Of a stretch of DNA of 64,000 nt, positions 57,400 through 64,000 are shown piece by piece. This stretch comes from an uncultured virus (IMG/VR IMGVR_UViG_3300021142_001411) (Duplodnaviria; Heunggongvirae; Uroviricota; Caudoviricetes): the IMG/VR virus record IMGVR_UViG_3300021142_001411; one strand, given 5' to 3'. The notes below the pieces were generated by a model, which worked only from the letters and a program-made list of their open reading frames with translations, did not search any database and was not told the origin of the DNA. Position 1 is the stretch's first letter. Each line of letters starts with the position of its first letter. Made by a program: the position numbers and the translations under genes.

Positions 57400-57768
57400 A
57401 TGGAATTTTATATAAGACAAGGGGCAAGTGACCCAATTTTAAAGTTAAAGTTAATTGATGATGGTATAAATGATAAATCATCAATTAATGATTTATTGGA
57501 AAATTCTGATATTACATTTGAAATGTCAGAATATAAAACAAATATTCCTGTTATATTGAATGGTACTTGTTGGACAACATCAAGAACTAAAAAATATGAT
57601 ATGACTACTGATGAATATTACATTACATTTAGATTTACAGAAGAACAAACATGTCAAATAGGTAAATTTGAAGGTAAATTTATTGTTCAATTTTTAGATA
57701 CAAATCAAGACCCAACTACTAAGTTAATTCTACCTGTAAAAGAGAAACTATACATCAATATTTTTTAA
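57400..57768 (+). CDS. Putative baseplate/tail-associated small protein
   Basis: FYIRQG..P.L...GKFEGKF.V.F......LP. Confidence 0.45.
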   Translation: MEFYIRQGASDPILKLKLIDDGINDKSSINDLLENSDITFEMSEYKTNIPVILNGTCWTTSRTKKYDMTTDEYYITFRFTEEQTCQIGKFEGKFIVQFLDTNQDPTTKLILPVKEKLYINIF

Positions 57769-57855
57769 TCTGACTTTTTTTGACTATATTTATTTTTTGT
57801 TAAGACTAACTACGATTTACTCGTAAGCTAATGTGTCAATTTAAAAGTAAAATAT

Positions 57856-60800
57856 ATGTCAGAAGTAATCTCACAGGAACTTATCGAAAGTTTCCTTAAT
57901 GGTGGCGACCCCGAACAATTTATAGTCGGAGTAGAATTCAGTTACGCCACGAACAAAATTCACAAAATTATTCAAGACCCAGAAAAGGGTAAAATTGTAA
58001 AAATGGATTCATTTACACCATTCCTATGGGTTGGTGATTTGAATAATCAAAACTTTTACAACAACAATAAGTCACTTCAAAAACAAAAAATGGGTGAACA
58101 TGGTATTCTAATTGAAAAATTGAATACCGGTGGTAATGAAAGACTTGAAAATGGTCATAAATTTTTAGTAAAAAGTATTAAAGGTTATGGTGATTTAATA
58201 AATTTCTTTAAACAAGGTGGAATAGATCCTTGGGGTGAAAAACATAGACACTTATTTACCATATTATCTCCTGTTGAACAATATTTAGTTCAAACAAAGA
58301 AACGTTTATTTAAAGGTATTGATGAATATTCAGATGTTTATCGTTTTGTATTTGATATTGAAACCACTGGATTAGAACCTGAGACTTGTAATATCATATT
58401 GATTGGAGTTAAGGATAATCGTGGTTTAAATAGAACAATCTCTGCATTTGGTGAGGATGGTGAAAAGAAATGTATTGAAGAATTTTTCAAAATAATTAGA
58501 GATAAAAAACCAACAATTATTGGTGGTTATAATTCCGCATCATTTGACTTTCCATTCATATTAAAAAGAGCCGAGATATTAGGTGTCAATGTGAAAGATT
58601 TAACCAAAATATTTACGGATGATGGAATTAAACAAAGAGAAGGTGTTTTAAAACTCGCAAATGAAGTTGAACCATATACACAACATATTATATGGGGATT
58701 TAATATCATTGATATTTCACATGCGGTTAGAAGAGCACAAGCAATTAATTCAGAAATTAAGAAATGGGGATTAAAATATATTACCAAATATTTGGAAAAA
58801 GAAAAACCAAATCGGGTATATGTGGAAGGTGGTTCAATATCTAAGATATACTTGGATAATGAACAATATTATGTAAACCCAAAAACAGGTGGATATAGAA
58901 AAATGGGTTCTCCCGGTACTGAAAATTTATTAAGTAAATATCCCGGTAAATTTGAGATATGGTCAGGTTCAAGAATTGTTGAACAATACCTTGATGATGA
59001 CTTATATGAAACAATGTTAGTGGATGATTCATTTAGTCAGTCTACATTTCTAATATCAAAACTTGTACCTACAACATATGAGAGAATTGCAACAATGGGT
59101 ACTGCAACATTATGGAAAATAATAATGTTAGCATGGTCATACGAAAATAACCTTGCCGTACCATATAAGGCAGAACGTAGATCAATTACAGGTGGTCTTT
59201 CAAGATTATTAAAAGTTGGATATGCTAGGGATATTGTTAAATTTGACTATGCATCTCTTTATCCATCTATTCAACTTGTATATGATGTATTTCCTGAATG
59301 TGATATTATGGGTGTACAGAAATCAATGTTAAAGTATTTCCGTAACATTCGTATTAAGTATAAAAGACTTAAAGAAGTTCATGAAAAAACCGATCCTATA
59401 TTAGCGGAATCATATGATAGAAAACAATTACCAATTAAGATATTCATTAATGCTTACTTTGGTTCATTATCAGCACCACATGTATTTCCTTGGGGTGATA
59501 TGGATAAGGGTGAAACAATCACTTGTGTTGGTCGTCAATGTTTACGTATGATGATTATGTTCTATTTGAAAAAAGGTTATGTACCTTTGGTAATGGATAG
59601 TGTAGAATATGATACCCCTATTTATCTAAAAGATATTGACGATAATTTGGTTATTTTGCCTATATGTGATTTATTTGATGATACCAAAAAAATAACATCT
59701 GAAATTGGTGAAAGAGATTTTTCTGAAAAAGAATATACTGTATTAACAAGAAGTGGTTGGAAAAATATTAATTATGTTTATAGACATGAAACTAATAAAC
59801 CAATACATAAAATTGTAACTAAAAATAGATTAGTTAATTGTACATCAGATCATTCATTATTTCAAAATGAAATCCAAATAAAACCATCTTCATTAAAAAG
59901 AGGTGATAAGATTGATATAATTGACATACCTCTTTTAAAAAATGAAAATAATATGTCCACTGATATGGCGAAACTAATTGGTTTTTTTATTGGTGATGGT
60001 TCATCATATTATAAAAAGGTTAATAGGACATACTCAAGTAAAAAATTGGGGTTACGTTCATATAGTTCATTTAAAGGAGAGTTTACATTAAATAATTCTA
60101 ATATTGAACTATTGAATAGTATGGAAGATTTAATAAAAAAAGAATTTAACATAGACTGTCCAATTAAAGATTATCGTTCACATTCAAAAGTTTTTAAATT
60201 AAAAACATCTAAAACTCTATTATCTAAATGGTTTTCTGAAAAATGTTATACATCATATCGTGAAAAACAAATACCAAAAGAAATTTTAAATGGCAATATT
60301 GACATATTAAAATCATTTATGGATGGGTTTTATTTGGCAGATGGTTGGGGGAATGATTTCAATGAACCTAAAGATATTACACAGAAATCTAAAGTATGTT
60401 TAGCAGGAATATCTTATATTTTAAATAGATTAGGTGTCAATTATATAATATCAATAAGAAAAGATAAACCTAAAATAAGTTCCTTAATTTTAGGTACTGA
60501 AAAAAAAGATGTTTACTATAAATTAAACAATGAAAAATCAAAAAGAAAAGAAAACGAAGTATGGTTTAATGAAATACAAGAAAACAGTAATAAATTTGTT
60601 TATGATATCTCAACTGAAGATGGTACATTTGTTGGTGGTATTGGTGGTATTATATTAAAAAACACCGATGGTGTTAACTTTGAAACACCTGAAGATATAG
60701 AAGATCACGTTTATATAGGTAAGGGTTTAAATGAATTGGTAGAAGAAGGAAAAGAATATCGTGGTATTAAAGCGGATACTGCTGAGTTTAACGATATTTT

Positions 60801-61815
60801 TATGAGAAATGAAATGGGTTTAGATATTGACTATGTTGCAAAATCTTGTATTAATGTGTCAAGAAAAAACTACATTATTAAAATGGAGAAAAAAGGTAAG
60901 GAAAAAATTAAACTTACCGGTAATACCATAAAATCTAAGAAACTACAACAATATATTGTGGAATTCTTAGATGAAGGATTAAAATTTTTATTAAATGGCG
61001 ATGGATTATCTTTTGTTGAGTTGTATTATTCTTATGTGGAAAAGATATGTAATAAGGAAATCCCACTTTCCAAGATAGCAAATAAATCTCGTGTTAAACA
61101 AGGTGTTGAAGATTATAAGAAACATTGTAAAAAACAAACCAAATCAGGTTCTTTGATGTCAAGACAAGCACATATGGAATTAGTTATAATGAATAATTAC
61201 CCTGCCGGTCTTGGTGAAACAATTTACTATGTTAATAATGGTACTAAGAAATCTTCTGGTGATGTTCAAAAAATAAATAAACCAACTAAGAAACAGAACG
61301 AAGAATATCAAAATAAATATGGTGTTCCAATGCCGTCTGAATATATTGAAGTTAATTGTTATATGATACCTGAAAAGGAAATAATGGAAAATCCTGATAT
61401 GGTTGGTGATTATAATGTTGCTCGTTATTTGAATAATTTTAATAAACGTGTTGAACCGTTATTGGTTGTATTTAAACCTGAAATAAGAGAAGATATTTTA
61501 GTTGAAAACTTAGATGATAGACAATTCTTTACGAAACTTCAATGTGAATTAGTTAATGGTTTTCCATTAAAAGAAAGTGGTCAAGATAAGTTTGATGAAG
61601 TTATGACATTATCTGAAAGTGAAGTTGCATTTTGGAACAGAGTTCGTAGAGATCCTTATTTCATGTACATTGAGGATAGTTTAAAACTTGCTGATCCATT
61701 TTGGGTTGAACATAATAGACGAGTTGTAAATTATGAAGAAGTTTCGACAACTAGTAATGAAGATGAATTATTAAATGATGATTCAGATTTAATGTTACAT
61801 GCAAATCACGTTTAA
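57856..61815 (+). CDS. polB: Family B DNA polymerase with intein
   Basis: FDIETTG, GYNSASFDFPF, FDYASLYPSI, KIFINAYFG, MD|TDG. Confidence 0.95.
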   Translation: MSEVISQELIESFLNGGDPEQFIVGVEFSYATNKIHKIIQDPEKGKIVKMDSFTPFLWVGDLNNQNFYNNNKSLQKQKMGEHGILIEKLNTGGNERLENGHKFLVKSIKGYGDLINFFKQGGIDPWGEKHRHLFTILSPVEQYLVQTKKRLFKGIDEYSDVYRFVFDIETTGLEPETCNIILIGVKDNRGLNRTISAFGEDGEKKCIEEFFKIIRDKKPTIIGGYNSASFDFPFILKRAEILGVNVKDLTKIFTDDGIKQREGVLKLANEVEPYTQHIIWGFNIIDISHAVRRAQAINSEIKKWGLKYITKYLEKEKPNRVYVEGGSISKIYLDNEQYYVNPKTGGYRKMGSPGTENLLSKYPGKFEIWSGSRIVEQYLDDDLYETMLVDDSFSQSTFLISKLVPTTYERIATMGTATLWKIIMLAWSYENNLAVPYKAERRSITGGLSRLLKVGYARDIVKFDYASLYPSIQLVYDVFPECDIMGVQKSMLKYFRNIRIKYKRLKEVHEKTDPILAESYDRKQLPIKIFINAYFGSLSAPHVFPWGDMDKGETITCVGRQCLRMMIMFYLKKGYVPLVMDSVEYDTPIYLKDIDDNLVILPICDLFDDTKKITSEIGERDFSEKEYTVLTRSGWKNINYVYRHETNKPIHKIVTKNRLVNCTSDHSLFQNEIQIKPSSLKRGDKIDIIDIPLLKNENNMSTDMAKLIGFFIGDGSSYYKKVNRTYSSKKLGLRSYSSFKGEFTLNNSNIELLNSMEDLIKKEFNIDCPIKDYRSHSKVFKLKTSKTLLSKWFSEKCYTSYREKQIPKEILNGNIDILKSFMDGFYLADGWGNDFNEPKDITQKSKVCLAGISYILNRLGVNYIISIRKDKPKISSLILGTEKKDVYYKLNNEKSKRKENEVWFNEIQENSNKFVYDISTEDGTFVGGIGGIILKNTDGVNFETPEDIEDHVYIGKGLNELVEEGKEYRGIKADTAEFNDIFMRNEMGLDIDYVAKSCINVSRKNYIIKMEKKGKEKIKLTGNTIKSKKLQQYIVEFLDEGLKFLLNGDGLSFVELYYSYVEKICNKEIPLSKIANKSRVKQGVEDYKKHCKKQTKSGSLMSRQAHMELVIMNNYPAGLGETIYYVNNGTKKSSGDVQKINKPTKKQNEEYQNKYGVPMPSEYIEVNCYMIPEKEIMENPDMVGDYNVARYLNNFNKRVEPLLVVFKPEIREDILVENLDDRQFFTKLQCELVNGFPLKESGQDKFDEVMTLSESEVAFWNRVRRDPYFMYIEDSLKLADPFWVEHNRRVVNYEEVSTTSNEDELLNDDSDLMLHANHV
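59599..60663 (+). mobile_element. LAGLIDADG intein (355 aa), Ser1 ... Lys-Asn, inside the catalytic DTD motif
   Basis: D|SVEYDTP...CTSDHS...GFFIGDG...VYDISTEDGTF..GIILKN|TDG. Confidence 0.9.
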
Positions 61816-62933
61816 ATTACATTAATAGGTGAAGGCATTGCTCTGAACTTCAAAGATTTATTAAGATTCTCCGCCTCGTTAGCTTTACGTTCCATCATTT
61901 TATCGGGGCGGAGTCTTTCTAATCTAGTCATTAATTCTTCGGCTAATTTTAATTTTTCATCTTTTCCTTCAGTTAATAATGTTGTATAATCTAATTTAAT
62001 TTCACTATCAGGTACTTTAAGATCACCTGAATATTTACCCCAAATTCTACCTAAACCTTCTTTAGAGTATGCAATTAAGTATTTTCTAACCCAATTTTGT
62101 GATGGATTATTTAATTTATCCCAAGTTAATTGTTCAGTCATAACATCAGATGGTAATTTAATTACATCTCTATTAATATCCAAACAAGTATCTCTATCCA
62201 TCGTATCATAATACCAATACCAAACTTGATAATTACCATCATTTTCTTGATTTCCAAAATCAAATCTACCTCCTGGTACGTTATATAAATGAACATGTTT
62301 TGTTCCGTTTGGTCCAGCAGTAATTCTATATGTTACATCACCACCAATTAAACGGTTTTTAATATTTCTATCACCCATTCTTAATAATAAGTCATACGCA
62401 GGCATCATAAAATATGACCCAGATGAACCTTGTTGTGCAAAACCACCTATACCACCAAAACCTACTCCACCAAGGCCACCAAATCCACCTAAAAATGGAT
62501 CAATAATTGAGTCAGATAAAGTGGCTCGAGTAAACCATAATAATTCATTAATTTCACGTCCTGCGGGTATTTCATATACTTGTTGATTATCTACAAGAGT
62601 AAAATAATCTTTTTTTAGTTCCCAAGGACCATTCGACTGTAAACCAACAATTTTTGAATATGAATATGTGTATTGTGTTTCATAATCCAAACTTCTTGTT
62701 GTAAATGCACGAGTTAATGATTGGGTATCAACATTAAGACCCATTAATGATGACCATTGTGATTCAATCAACCAATCACTAACATATTGTTCATATTCTG
62801 CAATGGATAATTCTAAAAAAGTATCCATTTGTTCTTCTGTTAATTCAATACCACGAACTGGCATACCTAAAAGGTGGAAAACCTGTGTATATAATTTTTC
62901 TTTATCTATTGGACTAATGATGGTTGATGACAT
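61812..62933 (-). CDS. Neck/head-tail adaptor protein (gp13-like)
   Basis: LGMPVRGIELTEEQ...WVRKY..A..K..LGRIWGKY...EG..EK..L.EEL. Confidence 0.7.
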   Translation of the reverse strand: MSSTIISPIDKEKLYTQVFHLLGMPVRGIELTEEQMDTFLELSIAEYEQYVSDWLIESQWSSLMGLNVDTQSLTRAFTTRSLDYETQYTYSYSKIVGLQSNGPWELKKDYFTLVDNQQVYEIPAGREINELLWFTRATLSDSIIDPFLGGFGGLGGVGFGGIGGFAQQGSSGSYFMMPAYDLLLRMGDRNIKNRLIGGDVTYRITAGPNGTKHVHLYNVPGGRFDFGNQENDGNYQVWYWYYDTMDRDTCLDINRDVIKLPSDVMTEQLTWDKLNNPSQNWVRKYLIAYSKEGLGRIWGKYSGDLKVPDSEIKLDYTTLLTEGKDEKLKLAEELMTRLERLRPDKMMERKANEAENLNKSLKFRAMPSPINVI

Positions 62934-62973
62934 ATATTTGTTTTATTAAATAAATATTACTATATTTGGTATT

Positions 62974-63948
62974 ATGACATTTAATGATTTCAAAACATTT
63001 TTTTCAAGTAACCTAAAATGGGTATATAGAGATAAATGTGATGCTGTTCTTAAAAGACAATACACTAAAATTGGTAAATATCGTTTTTGTGATAAAAATC
63101 AAAAATATGGTATCCTTGATAATGATGGTAGATGGGGGTTTGAAAATACCATAAATACTAATTCAAGATGTGCATTAGAATTATATAATATTTATCTTGA
63201 GTTTGGTAATGAAAAATTAGATTTTTTTGATAATACAGAATATTCAATTAATAAATTATGGAATTTTATTGAAGAAAACTTTGAATTATTGTTAACTTAT
63301 AATATTGAAACAAAATACTATCATAGGTTTAGACTTATTTGTAATCTTTCTTGGTCAAGAGGTCAAATAACATCGGTTTTATTTTACCTAACTCATAAAA
63401 ATATATTTCCTGACACTATTAAAACGACTATTGAATTAGAAAGAGGTTTGTTTTTAGATTTAAAAGGAATTGATGGATTGTTAACACAAAAAGATGGGAC
63501 TGATATAACGTTACAAATAAAAAGTGGATCTTTTGAAAAGAAGAAACGATTTTATATAATTAATGGTGCTCAAAATGATTTTAATAGTCCCACTAATTAT
63601 TATTGTTATATTAATATCGGTGAAAATAATAACCAAATTATTGTTTTTGAAAATAAAAAAGAAAACATAATGTCAAATGGTAGTCAATGTATAATTGATG
63701 AAGAATTTGTAAAATATATAGATATGGAAAATAAAGAAAATATATCACAAAAATTAATGGAAATATTATTGTTTTGTTCAAAAAATAAATTTGTTTTTGA
63801 ATTAAAAAATAATGAAGATGAAAATGGATTTAAAATTGATACTGAACCTGAAAAAGTGGTAACAATTTCAATTAAAGATTTTGAAGATAAAGATTTATAT
63901 GATTTATTGGAAGAGAACTTTAACTTATTAAAGAATCTCCCCCAATAA
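62974..63948 (+). CDS. Hypothetical protein, possible PD-(D/E)XK nuclease
   Basis: DLKGIDG...TLQIKS; upstream TTTG..TATATTTG promoter. Confidence 0.45.
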   Translation: MTFNDFKTFFSSNLKWVYRDKCDAVLKRQYTKIGKYRFCDKNQKYGILDNDGRWGFENTINTNSRCALELYNIYLEFGNEKLDFFDNTEYSINKLWNFIEENFELLLTYNIETKYYHRFRLICNLSWSRGQITSVLFYLTHKNIFPDTIKTTIELERGLFLDLKGIDGLLTQKDGTDITLQIKSGSFEKKKRFYIINGAQNDFNSPTNYYCYINIGENNNQIIVFENKKENIMSNGSQCIIDEEFVKYIDMENKENISQKLMEILLFCSKNKFVFELKNNEDENGFKIDTEPEKVVTISIKDFEDKDLYDLLEENFNLLKNLPQ

Positions 63949-64000
63949 TTCTTTCGTAAAGGATTCTGAATATTCCCCGTCACCCATTACCTGATCTATA

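Noticed and set aside
57800..57840. Hairpin TACGA-TTTAC-TCGTA upstream of polB as a T4-like translational operator
   Set aside because: Only a 5-bp stem; insufficient evidence without comparative data.

Overview
Very AT-rich (standard genetic code) segment of a large T4-like (myovirus-type) jumbo phage, almost certainly infecting a Bacteroidota host (TAnnTTTG/TTTG promoters, DUF4494-like gene, Bacteroidota-type lipoprotein, phage bS21). From left to right: a minus-strand tRNA array with YqeY and homing endonucleases; an RNA-repair module (kinase, Rnl1-type ligase, cyclic-phosphate receiver); a ClpC/Hsp20 pair; the head module (TerL, portal, bS21, prohead protease, scaffold, gp23 capsid); putative virion/baseplate genes; a gp55-like sigma factor; glycosyltransferases, PhoH, dUTPase; PolB; and a neck protein. 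I count 10 inteins: 7 contiguous and 3 split across separate ORFs (ClpC, TerL, dUTPase), each split pair separated by an intact or decayed Vsr-like endonuclease. The most striking unannotated signals are (i) a 33-codon leader peptide with a terminator/antiterminator switch in front of the tRNA array (candidate translation-sensing attenuator), (ii) two tRNA-like genes with large structured insertions (92-nt D-loop; 65-nt anticodon loop) next to RNA end-healing/sealing enzymes, and (iii) two similar 31-aa atypical N-inteins on different ATPases. All calls were made by eye; no database searches were run.
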